Origin: Burkholderiales bacterium
GTDB taxonomy: Bacteria > Pseudomonadota > Gammaproteobacteria > Burkholderiales > Burkholderiaceae_F
Direction: 5' to 3'
DNA: 64,000 nucleotides
Assembly (NCBI GenBank): GCA_038216465.1
Contig: JBBQQC010000019.1
Coordinates: forward strand, 482 to 64,481
In this document: positions 47,613 to 58,058 of the stretch, one piece after another
How the letters are laid out: every line of letters starts with the position of its first letter
Numbering within the stretch: the first letter of the stretch is position 1
The notes under the pieces: model-generated
What the model was told of the DNA's origin: nothing
Database searches by the model: none
What the model saw: the letters and a program-made list of their open reading frames with translations, nothing else
Translations under genes and position numbers: made by a program

Positions 47613-49392
47613 TGGCAGCGACGGCAGCGATCGAACATCCGGACCTGCGCCCGGTGCGGCACGACGAACGACGGCAGGCGTTTGCCCTGCTCTGGCGCGC
47701 CGCGCGTCCCGATCGCAGACAGCTTGCGTTGGCCAGCATGCTGATGCTGATTGCGGGCGGGCTCGAAGCGCTCGGTCCGATCTTCGGCAAGCTGTTCATC
47801 GATGAATACCTGCTGCCGCAACGGCTCGATTGGATGCCGGTTGCGCTGTTGATCGCGGGCGTTGTCGCGAGCGGCTGCATCGCAACTGCGTTGCGCTACT
47901 TTCAACTCATTCGATTGGCAGGCGTCGCGATGCGTTCGGTACGGCGTCTGCGCGAGAGCGTCTACAACCATGTGCTGCGCCTGCCGATGGCTTTTTTCGA
48001 CCGCGCAATCACGGGCCAGCTGGTCAGCCGCATCACCAACGATACCGAGCAAATTCGGCAGCTTTACGTGCAGGTGCTGTTCGAGATGCTGCAGGGCGTG
48101 ACCGTCTTGGTCGGCGCGGTCGTTGCGATGGCGTGGCTCGACTGGCGCCTGATGCTGATCGTACTGACGCTGATTCCGGCAACGGTGGCGATCGTCATCG
48201 GTTATCAGCGGCTATCGGCGTTCGCGGTGATGCGATCGCGCGAGCTGCGCAGCGACATCAATGCGCAGATGGGAGAAAGCATCGCCGGCATGAGTGTGCT
48301 GCAGGCGACGGGTTCGGCGCGGCGCTTTGCCGAACGATTTGCGAACACCAATCGCGCGCATTACAGGGCACGGCTCGGCGAGGTGCGCGCGAATGCGTGG
48401 CTGCTGCGCCCGGCGCTCGACATGCTGAACATTCTGCTGATCGTCGCGATCATCGCAGCTTTCGGCACGCAGTCGTTCGGCGCGCTGGAAATCGGCCTGC
48501 TGTACGCGTTCATAACGTATGTAGCGCGCGTCGTCGAGCCGCTGATCTCGATCACGATGCAGTTTTCGCTGCTGCAGCAGGCGCTGGTCGCGGCGTCGCG
48601 CGTCAACACGCTGCTCGACGAGGGTGAATCGCACCGTGTCGAGCACGAGCGACGCGTCAGCCGCGGTCATGTGCAACTGGTCGACGTGAGCTTCGGCTAC
48701 GACCCGCAGAATCCAGTGCTGCATGACGTGATATCGACATACCCGCCGGAAGCTTCGTTGGCATCGTCGGCCACACCGGCAGCGGCAAATCCACTTTGTT
48801 GTCGCTGTTGCTGCGCTTCTACGCAACGCAGGCGGGGCGTCTGGAGATCGACGGGATACCGCTGGCGACGATCGGTGATCGGCAATTTCGCGCCGACGTT
48901 GGACTGGTTCCGCAGGAGCCTTTTCTGCTCGCGGCAAGCGCACGCGAGAACATCGACATGGGGCGCTCTCTGCCGTTGGCGCGGATCGAATCCGCTGCGA
49001 GCGCTGCCAATGCGCACGGCTTCATAAGTGCGTTGGAGCGCGGCTACGACACCTCGCTTGGTGAAGGGGGTGCGCGTTTGTCTTCCGGGCAGAAGCAACT
49101 GATCGCGGTTGCGCGCGCGCTGGCCGGCGATCCGCGCGTATTGTTCCTGGACGAAGCGACGTCGCGCATCGACAGCGACACCGAGCGGCAGGTTGCGCAA
49201 GCTCTAACGCTGCTGCACGGGAAAACCACCGTCATCGCGATCGCGCACCGGCTCTCGACCATCCGTGCCGCCGACCGAATCTTTGTGCTGAATCACGGAC
49301 GACTCGCCGAGCAGGGCACGCACGATCAGCTGATGGCGATCGATGGCGGCATTTATCAGCGGCTATACCTGCTGCAACAAATCGCCGAGTGA
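47612..49392 (+). pseudogene. ABC exporter, fused permease/ATPase (MdlB-like partner) with a 1-nt frameshift near 48727-48733
   Basis: Frame A gives the TMD up to ...GYDPQNPVLHDV and then nonsense. The frame one nt behind opens after TGA 48724-48726 and reads IDIPAGSFVGIVGHTGSGKSTLLSLLLRFY...LSSGQKQLIAVARAL...LFLDEATSRID...IAHRLST to 49392. Confidence 0.85.
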
Positions 49393-49398
49393 CGCCGA

Positions 49399-49737
49399 TT
49401 GCACATTTCAATGCCGGATGCTGATTTCGACAAGTTGCTTAGGAAAGCAATCCGAGAGCGGCGGCTGATCGCTTTTTTTCTCGACCAGCGGGCGCGACTG
49501 GCCGAACCGCACGACTACGGCCTAATCGACGGCGAGCCGCGTCTGTTTTTCTACCAGGTCGGTGGGGAGAGCCGTTCGGGCCCGCCGGTTGGTTGGCGCT
49601 GGGCGGTGTTGTCCAAGGTTTCTGAACTGCATCTGCTGGACGAGCACTTCCCAGGCCCGCGGCCCGTTCCTTCGGGCCGGCATGTCAAATCCCAGCGACT
49701 GTTTGCAACGGCAAGGCTGGCTGCGGTCGCGCGATAA
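49399..49737 (+). CDS. hypothetical small protein (WYL-like/SH3-like core suspected)
   Basis: Only ORF filling this gap. ...[68 protein letters not shown] resembles a recurrent small bacterial domain, but I cannot name the family with certainty. Confidence 0.45.
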   Translation: MHISMPDADFDKLLRKAIRERRLIAFFLDQRARLAEPHDYGLIDGEPRLFFYQVGGESRSGPPVGWRWAVLSKVSELHLLDEHFPGPRPVPSGRHVKSQRLFATARLAAVAR

Positions 49738-49757
49738 TCGACCCTCCTTTTCAACTT

Positions 49758-51671
49758 ATGCCCGCCATGGAAGCACAAGACGCTAGTCATAAGGAAGTTC
49801 GCGGCTTTCAAGCCGAAGTCAAGCAGCTGTTGCAGTTGATGATTCATTCGCTGTACAGCAACAAGGAAATCTTCTTACGCGAATTGATCAGCAACGCATC
49901 CGACGCCTGCGACAAATTGCGGTTCGAGGCGATGTCTCGACCCGAGCTGATCGAAGGTCATGCTGCACTCGGCATCGCGGTGTCGTTCGATAAAGCGGCG
50001 CGCACGATCACGGTGTCCGACAACGGCATCGGCATGTCCCGCACCGATGCGATCGAGCATCTGGGGACGATCGCCAAATCAGGCACACGCGAGTTCTTCG
50101 CGCAGCTGTCGGGCGATCAGCAGAAAGATGCGCAACTGATCGGGCAGTTCGGCGTTGGGTTCTACTCGAGCTTCATCGTCGCCGATCGAGTCACTGTGAT
50201 TTCGCGTCGTGCCGGTCTGGAAGTCAGTGAAGCGATTCGTTGGGAAAGCGACGGCGGCGGTGAATTTACGATCGAACCAGCAGAGCGCGCCGAGTCGGGC
50301 ACCGATGTCACGCTGCATCTGCGCGAGGGCGAAGACGAGTTTCTGTCGGCTGGCAAATTGAAATCTGTGGTGACGCACTACTCCGACCATATTTCGCTCC
50401 CGATTCGCATGCGTAAGGAGGTGTGGGACAAGGACAAGAGCGAGTTTCGGCAGACCGACGAGCTCGAAACTATCAATCAGGCGAGCGCGCTGTGGGCGCG
50501 CGCCAAGGCCGACATCACCGACGATCAGTACAGGGAGTTCTACAAGCACGTCTCGCACGATTTCGGTGATCCGCTGGCATGGACGCACAACCGCGTCGAA
50601 GGACGCACCGAGTACATCCAGCTGCTCTATCTGCCTGACCGTGCACCGTTTGACCTGTGGGACCGCCAGCAGAGGCACGGGCTGAAGCTGTATGTCAGGC
50701 GCGTGTTCATCATGGAAGATGCGGGGGACCTGTTGCCCACCTATTTACGCTTCGTGCGCGGCGTGATCGATTCGTCTGACTTGCCGCTGAACGTGTCGCG
50801 CGAGATTCTGCAGCAGAGCCGTGATGTGAAGGCGATCCGCGAAGGGTCGACCAAACGTGTGTTGGGGATGCTGGAAGACCTGGCCGACAATCAGAAGGAC
50901 AAGTACACCGCATTCTGGAAGGAGTTCGGTCAGGTATTGAAGGAAGGCGCTGGCGAAGACGCGGCGAACCGCGAGCGAATTGCGAAACTCCTCAGGTTCG
51001 CGTCGACGACGACCGACGATCAAAGCGTGTCGCTCGCCGACTACGTAGCCCGCAGCAAGGAAGGCCAGAAGTCGATTTACTACGTGACCGCCGATTCACT
51101 CGAGGCCGGCAAGACCAGCCCGCATCTCGAGATCTTCCGCCGCAAGGCAGTCGAGGTGCTGATCCTGACCGACCGCGTCGATGAATGGATGCTGTCGTTT
51201 CTGAACGAGTTCGAAGGCAAGGAACTTGTGTCGGTGGCGAAAGGCGACCTCGACCTCGGCGAACTGGCCGATGCAGAGGAGAAGGAAGCCCAGCGCAAGG
51301 TAGTCGAGCAAAGCAAGGAACTGGTGGAAGTGGTCAAGGCTGCGCTCGGTGAGCGCGTCAAGGACGTGCGAGTGACGCTTCGATTGACCGATTCGCCGGC
51401 GTGCGTGGTCGCCGATGAACACGCGATGAGCCAGCATCTGCAGCGCCTATTAAAGGCGGCCGGGCAGAGCATGCCCGCAACGAAGCCCATTTTGGAGCTG
51501 AACCCCCATCATCCACTGGTGCAGCGGCTGAAGGCGAACGACAAACAGTTGGCCGAATGGTCAGCGCTGCTGCTGGACCAGGCCGTACTGGCCGAAGGCG
51601 GGCAGCTCGACAATCCGGCGGATTTTGTCAAGCGAGTCAATGCCATGTTGCTGGTGAATGCCGGAAGCTAG
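49758..51671 (+). CDS. htpG: molecular chaperone HtpG (Hsp90)
   Basis: [44 protein letters not shown]...[11 protein letters not shown]. Start is 49758 or 49767. Confidence 0.95.
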   Translation: MPAMEAQDASHKEVRGFQAEVKQLLQLMIHSLYSNKEIFLRELISNASDACDKLRFEAMSRPELIEGHAALGIAVSFDKAARTITVSDNGIGMSRTDAIEHLGTIAKSGTREFFAQLSGDQQKDAQLIGQFGVGFYSSFIVADRVTVISRRAGLEVSEAIRWESDGGGEFTIEPAERAESGTDVTLHLREGEDEFLSAGKLKSVVTHYSDHISLPIRMRKEVWDKDKSEFRQTDELETINQASALWARAKADITDDQYREFYKHVSHDFGDPLAWTHNRVEGRTEYIQLLYLPDRAPFDLWDRQQRHGLKLYVRRVFIMEDAGDLLPTYLRFVRGVIDSSDLPLNVSREILQQSRDVKAIREGSTKRVLGMLEDLADNQKDKYTAFWKEFGQVLKEGAGEDAANRERIAKLLRFASTTTDDQSVSLADYVARSKEGQKSIYYVTADSLEAGKTSPHLEIFRRKAVEVLILTDRVDEWMLSFLNEFEGKELVSVAKGDLDLGELADAEEKEAQRKVVEQSKELVEVVKAALGERVKDVRVTLRLTDSPACVVADEHAMSQHLQRLLKAAGQSMPATKPILELNPHHPLVQRLKANDKQLAEWSALLLDQAVLAEGGQLDNPADFVKRVNAMLLVNAGS

Positions 51672-52170
51672 CGTAGCGGCACCCGCGCTGCGTGGCTTTG
51701 CACCGGTCATCGATCGCGATATCGAGCGCCTGATACTCGGCAGCTTCCCATCCGAGGCGTCGCTGGCAGCGCGCCAGTACTACGCGCATCCGCGCAATCA
51801 GTTCTGGCGGCTGCTTTCCGACCTCTTGCACGAACCTTTGCACGAGATGCCGTATTCGCGACGCCTGCAACAAGTGCTGGCGCATCGGCTCGGCGTCTGG
51901 GACGTGCTTCACGCGTGCGATCGCGAGGGCAGCGGTGACGCGTCGATCCGAAACCGGCGGGCCAACCAGTTCACGCGCCTGCGCCGGCTTGCACCCCGGT
52001 TAATGGCGGTGGCCTTCAACGGGCAGACCGCCGGGCGCTACGCCAACGAGTTTGCTGCGGCAGGGTTCCGAACGGCGGTGCTGCCATCTTCAAGCCCGGC
52101 ACATGCCGGCCGCTCTTACGAGCAGAAGCTGGCCATCTGGCGGGCGTGGTGGGCCGGCGGGGCGGGCTAG
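51658..52170 (+). CDS. DNA-deoxyinosine (hypoxanthine) glycosylase, UDG superfamily
   Basis: [41 protein letters not shown] matches the family's LILGSxPS...QYYAHPxNxFW signature. Overlaps the htpG 3' end by 14 nt. Confidence 0.75.
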   Translation: MPEASVAAPALRGFAPVIDRDIERLILGSFPSEASLAARQYYAHPRNQFWRLLSDLLHEPLHEMPYSRRLQQVLAHRLGVWDVLHACDREGSGDASIRNRRANQFTRLRRLAPRLMAVAFNGQTAGRYANEFAAAGFRTAVLPSSSPAHAGRSYEQKLAIWRAWWAGGAG

Positions 52171-52209
52171 AGCGGCGTCGCCGCGGCCGATAAGTCAAGA
52201 TACGGGTGA

Positions 52210-54723
52210 ATGAGCGGCGATTACGGCGCCGCTGGACTGCCTTATTCGGCTACTCTTTCGACCCTCGGGCCCGGCCGCTGCGCCCCCTACAACTATTCGC
52301 CTGTGAGCGCCACCTCTCCTTCGACTCCTGGACGCGCTAGCCGCACAACCGTGCACCGCGTTATCGGCGAGCTGCGCAAGACGGTGCGGGCGCAATTCGA
52401 CCCGCTGCTTACTGAGGCGGCGCGCGAAGCGATTCAGGCCATCGATGCTGACGATTCGGCGTCGACGACGCTGAAGAAATCGGTGCGGCGGCTGCTGGTC
52501 GATCAGCGCGAATTTTCCAATGCGTTCTTTGCTGCGGTCGACAAACACATCGATACGGCGATCGATGACCTCTTCACCGTCGGCAAGGACAAGCCGGCGG
52601 CGGCGCCGAGCAGCAACGCGTTGAGTTTGTCGCTGGTTGAGTACGACGAGATGGAGGAGGCGATGGTGATCGACCGCTTCTCGTCTCGTATTCGCAATGC
52701 GGCTGATTCCTCGTTTACGCCGCTGACGCAGAGGCTGGCCAAGGCGTTGCAGATCCCGGGTCTGGGGGACCGTGAAAATCCGTTTCATCCAGTGCGTTTC
52801 TGCCGCGCGCTAGGTGACGCGATCGACAAGCTCGGCTTCAAGGGTGATCAGCGGCACTCGGTATTAAAGGCATTCGACGTCAGCCTGCTGAAGCCGCTGG
52901 TTGCCGTGTACACCGCATTGAACAACGACCTCGAGGGCAAGGGCGTGCAGGAAGGCAGTGCCGCGGCGCCGTTCAAGCCCACCGGTTTTCGCAACACGAT
53001 GCTCGGCGGCGCAGGCGGTCCAGGCCGCACTACGCAGGGCGGGCACACACCGGGATCGATGACCGGCAACACCGCTGAACAGCTGTTGAGCGCGCTGTAT
53101 CAGCGCATGCAGGTGCCGACGGTCCCGGGCGGCGCGCGGCCGATGCCGCACTCGCAGTTACCGGGAACGGCGCTGTTCGAGCGTGCCGAGGCGATCACCG
53201 GCTCCCCGATGATGTCACCTGGCTTCGTGATCACCGGCGCTGCATCGATGCCGATTGCCGCCGGCACGCCGGTGCAGTTTGCGACGATCGATCCGGGTCT
53301 GCTGGCATCGATCAACGAAGTGCAGCGGCTGAACGCAATGGCCACGATGTCGGGCAAGAGCGGCGCCGCGGCCCAGTTGATCAGCGAGCGCGACGAGGCG
53401 CATCTGCGCCAGCATGTGTCTGAGAAAGCTACCAAGCAGATCGACAAGCTGACGATCGAGCTGGTCGGCATGCTGTTTGATCGCATTCACCAGGACAAGC
53501 ACCTGCCGGCGGAGATCAAGACGGCGATATCGCGCCTGCAGTTTCCGATCATGAAGGTGGCGCTGGCCGATTCGGATCTGTTCGTTTCGCCGGTGCAGCC
53601 GGCGCGGCGGCTAATGGATCGGATTGCCAGCACCGGTATCGGATGGCGCTCGGAAGGCGAAGACAACGTCCGCTATCTGTCCGAGGTAAACAAGGCAGTC
53701 AACACCGTCGTCGTCGCGATCAACGAGGGTCCGCCGATTTTCGAGAAGGCGCTTAGCGAGTTCGAGCAGTACCTGGCCGAGGAGCGCACCCGCGACGACG
53801 ATCCGGTGACCCGCGCGAAGCGCGCGCTCGAAGAAGCCGAAACGCGCGAGATCATGGCGATCAACGCTGCGATCGGCATCCGGCGTGCGTTCGACGGTGT
53901 GCAGATCGAATCGTATCTGCGCGATTTTCTGCTGGAAAACTGGGTCAAGGTGATGGTTGCCGCAACCTTGCGCGAGCGCACGCAGCCCTCATTTGCAAAA
54001 AAATTCCGCGACGTCGTCCCCGACGTTGTGTGGAGTGTGCAGCCGAAAATCAATCCCGATGACCGCAAGCGTCTCGTCAAGACAATCCCGGCGGTGCTAA
54101 GCACGGTGCGCGAGGGCTTGCAGCTGATCGAATTTTCGGCTGCGCAGTCGCAGGAATTTTTTTCGCGCTTAATGGCATCGCACGCCCAGGCAGTCAAGGC
54201 GCTGGAAGTTGCTTATGGCACGGGCGCACCGATGGACCCGGCGGCGTTCAAGCGCAGCTTCGACGAGGTCAAGATCGTCGAGCCGCCGCCGGTGGCACAG
54301 GACGAGCCCGATCAGCAGTTGACGATTACGCCGGAGGTAGTGCGCAGCGCGGTGGCCGCCAACCATGCCGAAGTCAATTTGCTCGAAGCCCCATTAACGG
54401 TCCAGCCCGAGGAAATGATTCCGGTTGAAAAGCTGTCGGACCAGGGTATCGATCAGATGATCAACAGCTGGCAGCGCGGAACCTGGTTCGATTTGTGGAC
54501 CGGCGAACAAACCGAGCGCGTTCGCCTGCGCTGGATCAGCCCGCGTCGCAACTTTTATCTGTTTACTTCCGCCGACACCGGCAAAGCGCACAGCCTGGCG
54601 CCGCTGATTCTGCACAGCTACATTCGAGCCGGGCGCATCCATACGGCGGAGCGTGCGCCGTTGTTCGAGCGCGTGGTCGACGACATGATGCACGATCTGA
54701 AGGCCGAAGGCGCGCCCGCCTAG
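52210..54723 (+). CDS. DUF1631-type large protein (paralog 1, 837 aa as tracked)
   Basis: Blocks KLTIELVGMLFDRIHQDKHLPAEIKTAISRLQFPIMKVALAD, PARRLMDRIA, ESYLRDFLLENWVKVMVAA, VWSVQPK and C-terminal WQRGTWFDLW...RLRWISP. Gly/Pro/Ala-rich central linker. The N-terminal start is uncertain. Confidence 0.8.
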   Translation: MSGDYGAAGLPYSATLSTLGPGRCAPYNYSPVSATSPSTPGRASRTTVHRVIGELRKTVRAQFDPLLTEAAREAIQAIDADDSASTTLKKSVRRLLVDQREFSNAFFAAVDKHIDTAIDDLFTVGKDKPAAAPSSNALSLSLVEYDEMEEAMVIDRFSSRIRNAADSSFTPLTQRLAKALQIPGLGDRENPFHPVRFCRALGDAIDKLGFKGDQRHSVLKAFDVSLLKPLVAVYTALNNDLEGKGVQEGSAAAPFKPTGFRNTMLGGAGGPGRTTQGGHTPGSMTGNTAEQLLSALYQRMQVPTVPGGARPMPHSQLPGTALFERAEAITGSPMMSPGFVITGAASMPIAAGTPVQFATIDPGLLASINEVQRLNAMATMSGKSGAAAQLISERDEAHLRQHVSEKATKQIDKLTIELVGMLFDRIHQDKHLPAEIKTAISRLQFPIMKVALADSDLFVSPVQPARRLMDRIASTGIGWRSEGEDNVRYLSEVNKAVNTVVVAINEGPPIFEKALSEFEQYLAEERTRDDDPVTRAKRALEEAETREIMAINAAIGIRRAFDGVQIESYLRDFLLENWVKVMVAATLRERTQPSFAKKFRDVVPDVVWSVQPKINPDDRKRLVKTIPAVLSTVREGLQLIEFSAAQSQEFFSRLMASHAQAVKALEVAYGTGAPMDPAAFKRSFDEVKIVEPPPVAQDEPDQQLTITPEVVRSAVAANHAEVNLLEAPLTVQPEEMIPVEKLSDQGIDQMINSWQRGTWFDLWTGEQTERVRLRWISPRRNFYLFTSADTGKAHSLAPLILHSYIRAGRIHTAERAPLFERVVDDMMHDLKAEGAPA

Positions 54724-55481
54724 TGCCACGAAAGGGACACGGTGCGTCCGTCACGCTCTCCGAAGAAGACGGGATGCGCTATCTGCACTTCGGGACCGAA
54801 TGGATTCAGGGTGGCATGCGCGTTGCGCAGCCGTTTTCGCTTCAGCTCGAATATCAACGGCAGATGATGGCGGTCGGACTGTTTCTTCCTGAACCTCGAC
54901 ATATTGTGCAATTGGGTCTGGGCGCAGCGGCGCTCACCAAGTTCTGCTGGCGTGAAATTCGAGGCGCCAGCGTTGTCGCCGTTGAGCTCAGTGCCGACGT
55001 GATCGATGCAGCGCGTGCCTGGTTCTGCCTGCCACCCGATGATCGGCGGCTCAGCGTCGTCAAGGCCGATGCGCGCGACTTCATCAGCACTCCGCAGCGG
55101 CGCGGCTGTGCCGACTGGTTGCAGGTCGACCTCTACGACGCGGCCGCGCGCGGGCCCGTCTACGACGATGTTGCGTTCTACCGCGCGTGCCGGCGGGCGT
55201 TGCGCGCGCCCGGTGTGGCGTGCTTCAACTTGTTCGGTTCGAAATTTGATCCAAGCTTCGCGGCTATTGCGTCGGCCTTCGAAGGTCGGGTACTCGCGCT
55301 GCCCGAAGTTGATGCGGGCAATCGCGTGGTGCTGGCTGTCGCGGGGCCGCCGCTCGATGTGCCCTTTGCGGCGCTTGACCGGCGTGCACGCGAACTTGAG
55401 GTGCGCTGGAAGTTAAAAGCACGTGGGTGGGTGGCCGGCCTGCGCCGCGCGAATACGTTCGGTGCAACGTTTGCATTATAA
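54723..55481 (+). CDS. spermidine synthase-like class I SAM-dependent methyltransferase-fold protein
   Basis: VTLSEEDGMRYLHFGTEWIQGGMRV...LEYQRQMM...IVQLGLGAAALTKF...VVAVELSADVIDAARAWF...VKADARDF. GTG at 54723 shares one nt with the upstream TAG. Confidence 0.75.
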   Translation: MPRKGHGASVTLSEEDGMRYLHFGTEWIQGGMRVAQPFSLQLEYQRQMMAVGLFLPEPRHIVQLGLGAAALTKFCWREIRGASVVAVELSADVIDAARAWFCLPPDDRRLSVVKADARDFISTPQRRGCADWLQVDLYDAAARGPVYDDVAFYRACRRALRAPGVACFNLFGSKFDPSFAAIASAFEGRVLALPEVDAGNRVVLAVAGPPLDVPFAALDRRARELEVRWKLKARGWVAGLRRANTFGATFAL

Positions 55482-55552
55482 AAACGATGCCAAAGCGTTG
55501 CTAATGCCTTCAATTTAGGGATGTTTCGCCGTCAGTAACTGCTTAAACTTGC

Positions 55553-55580
55553 TTGACACGCAGTACTACGTGGATAGATT
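55553..55580 (+). promoter_or_regulatory. candidate sigma70 promoter for the second DUF1631 gene and the ATPase
   Basis: TTGACA (55553-55558), 16-nt spacer, TAGATT (55575-55580), in the relatively AT-rich 190-nt gap and ~95 nt upstream of the ATG at 55674. Confidence 0.35.
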
Positions 55581-55673
55581 GTGGCGTCTATAGTGGAAAG
55601 CCGCTTGGCGGGGCCGATCGGGTGTCGATCGTCGGCGGGCTGCACGAGAACTTAGTCAAACCTCAGAGATCGC

Positions 55674-58058
55674 ATGGAGTTTCCTCCGGCTTCCGAATCG
55701 TCGAGCGCACCTACGACTGACGTGCCGTTTGTCACGGCTGCGCAGGCCTCGGCGTTGCTGAAGTCGGGCTTGGCGATCTCGAACGAACTGATCGGTGCCG
55801 CGTTTCCGGAATTTTCGAAGTCGATTCTCGAGGATCTTTCGGGCAAGTGGGATTTCGATGTCGGGTCGCCGCTGGTGCAGCGGCACCTGGCCGCCAAGCT
55901 CGACGATTTGCATCACACGTTTATGGCGCGCCTGCAGGAGACGCAGGACCAGTGCTTTCACGAGATCACCGTGGGTCGCGTGCAAGCGGCGCCCGGCTCG
56001 CTCGATGCAGAAACGCTTTCCCTGGTCGACTCGATCTCGGTCGAAAGCAACACGGTCGTTGAGCGGCACGCGAGCAAGATTGCCGGTTACGCCGAGCAAT
56101 CGCTGCGTGATCTGAATCTGGTCGTGGCGTTTCTGCTGGGTAGAACGACGATTCGCAACTCCGAGAATCCGCTCGGCCCTGCGGTGTATGTGCGTGCGCT
56201 GCTGCGCGCCGCAGAAGACACCGATCTGCACAAAGAGGCGTGGGAGTTTTTCCTGACGGTGTATGAAAAGCCGTTTGGCGAAGAGCTGGCGCGCATTGTG
56301 CGGCAGCTGCTCGATCACTACGCGAACCACGGCGTCGACGTGCGCGCGATTCGAAGGACGCGCGCCGCGCCGAAGTCGGCGCCGCCATGGCAGGTGCCCG
56401 GCACCTCCGGCGGGCATGCCGGTGCGCATGCATCGAATTCGGCCGGTGCGCTAGCGGAGGCAGGCGGACCACGCAGTTCCGCGGCGGGTGGCCAGTCGAA
56501 AGGCCAAGGTGCGCAGGCATCCGATGAGCCGAACATGCTGCTCGGCGGGTTGCTGACGCGCCTGCAGGCCAACGCGCGCGGGTCACGCTTGCCGCACCTG
56601 CCGTCGCACGGCCCCGCGCCTCAGCAGCTGCTGCAATCGATCGGGGAATTCCAGCAGATGAATCTGCAGGAGCTTGGCCCCGGCGGTAATTTTTCCTTGC
56701 CGACCGAATCGGTCAGCTCGATGCGCGACGAGCTGATTTCGAAATCGACGCGCGTAGTCGACAAATTGACGATCGAACTGGTCGGCATGCTGTTCGATCA
56801 TGTCATGCAGGACAAGCAAGTGCCGTCGGAAATCAAGGCGCGCATTTCGCGGCTGCAGTTTCCGGTGCTGAAGTCGGCCTTGATGGACGCAGCATTCTTT
56901 GCGTCGAGCGCCCACCCGGCGCGCAAGTTGATCGATCGCATTGCTGGTACCTCGGCCGGATGGGAGCCGTACGGCGACGACAACCAGCGCTACATGAAGG
57001 AAGTCGATCGCGTTATTACCGAGATTCTGAAGCACTTTGAAACCGACCTCGGCGTGTTCGAGCGGCTGTACGGCGAATTCGACAAGTTCGTTTCCGATAT
57101 TGCGCCCGAAGAGAACGACCCGGTATCGCGCGCGAAGAAAGCGCTTGAGCAGGCAGAGAAGCACGAGATTCTGACGATCAACACGACGATCCAGGTTCGG
57201 CGCGCGTTCGAGCGGGTTGACCTTGAGCCCTACATCAAGGAGTTCCTGCTCGGTGCGTGGGTCAAGGTGCTGGTCGCTGCGACTGTTCGCCAGGAGAAAA
57301 CCCCGGGGTTTGCGAAGGCTTTCCGCGATGTAATTCATGAATTGGTGTGGTCGGTGCAGCCGAAGGCGAGTACCGAAGATCGCAGCAAGCTGGTCAAGCT
57401 GATTCCAAGCATGGTGCGCGTGCTGCGCGACGGGCTGGGGCTAATCAACGCTCCTGAGCGTGACCGCGAGCTGTTCTTTACGCAACTGATGGAATCGCAC
57501 GCGATGGCCGTCAAGCCGGTCGACCAGGCGACCTATATCAAGTCGAGCCTGCTGGCGTCTGAGTTGCGCGCGAAGATCGACGGTATGCAACTGTCGGGGG
57601 TGTTCCCGGTCACGACCGTGCCGGGGGGCATCAAGGTTCCTACCAACGTGATCATGCGCGCCGCCGCCGAGCACAAGGCGGACATCTACATGCCGGATCC
57701 TGTCACCGACATCGGCCGGCTCGATCCGGTGGAAGACGCGCGCGTGCAGGAAGAGATCGGCCGCTGGCAGCGCGGCAACTGGTTCAAGCTGTGGAACGGC
57801 ATGGAATTTTCGCGCGCCAAGCTGCGCTGGATGAGTCCGCTGCGCACGTTGTTCCTTTTCGCCAGCGAGCACGACCAGAAGGCCCACGTGATGTCGGCCG
57901 ATATGCTGAAGTCTTACCTGGCGCGCAAATACATCGAGCCGCTCGAGAGCGTCCCGCTGACCAAGCGCGCGGTCGATGCCGTGGTTGCCGATTTTGAAAA
58001 CGCACCCGATCGCGCGAAGTCGATGGCCAAGCGCTACGAGGCCTCGCAGCCCGCATGA
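55674..58058 (+). CDS. DUF1631-type large protein (paralog 2, 794 aa)
   Basis: Same block order as paralog 1: KLTIELVGMLFDHVMQDKQVPSEIKARISRLQFPVLKSALMD, PARKLIDRIA, EPYIKEFLLGAWVKVLVAA, VWSVQPK and WQRGNWFKLW...KLRWMSP. Confidence 0.8.
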   Translation: MEFPPASESSSAPTTDVPFVTAAQASALLKSGLAISNELIGAAFPEFSKSILEDLSGKWDFDVGSPLVQRHLAAKLDDLHHTFMARLQETQDQCFHEITVGRVQAAPGSLDAETLSLVDSISVESNTVVERHASKIAGYAEQSLRDLNLVVAFLLGRTTIRNSENPLGPAVYVRALLRAAEDTDLHKEAWEFFLTVYEKPFGEELARIVRQLLDHYANHGVDVRAIRRTRAAPKSAPPWQVPGTSGGHAGAHASNSAGALAEAGGPRSSAAGGQSKGQGAQASDEPNMLLGGLLTRLQANARGSRLPHLPSHGPAPQQLLQSIGEFQQMNLQELGPGGNFSLPTESVSSMRDELISKSTRVVDKLTIELVGMLFDHVMQDKQVPSEIKARISRLQFPVLKSALMDAAFFASSAHPARKLIDRIAGTSAGWEPYGDDNQRYMKEVDRVITEILKHFETDLGVFERLYGEFDKFVSDIAPEENDPVSRAKKALEQAEKHEILTINTTIQVRRAFERVDLEPYIKEFLLGAWVKVLVAATVRQEKTPGFAKAFRDVIHELVWSVQPKASTEDRSKLVKLIPSMVRVLRDGLGLINAPERDRELFFTQLMESHAMAVKPVDQATYIKSSLLASELRAKIDGMQLSGVFPVTTVPGGIKVPTNVIMRAAAEHKADIYMPDPVTDIGRLDPVEDARVQEEIGRWQRGNWFKLWNGMEFSRAKLRWMSPLRTLFLFASEHDQKAHVMSADMLKSYLARKYIEPLESVPLTKRAVDAVVADFENAPDRAKSMAKRYEASQPA

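Noticed and set aside
48727-48733. Programmed ribosomal frameshift in the ABC exporter
   Set aside because: There is no slippery X-XXY-YYZ heptamer, no homopolymer run and no obvious downstream structure at the shift site. A simple 1-nt deletion or sequencing error explains it better.
54467-54550. PilZ-like c-di-GMP site (RxxxR) in the conserved C-terminal block of the DUF1631 proteins
   Set aside because: Arg pairs are present (RVRLRWISPRR; RAKLRWMSPLR), but no D/NxSxxG motif follows in either paralog. The resemblance is therefore superficial.
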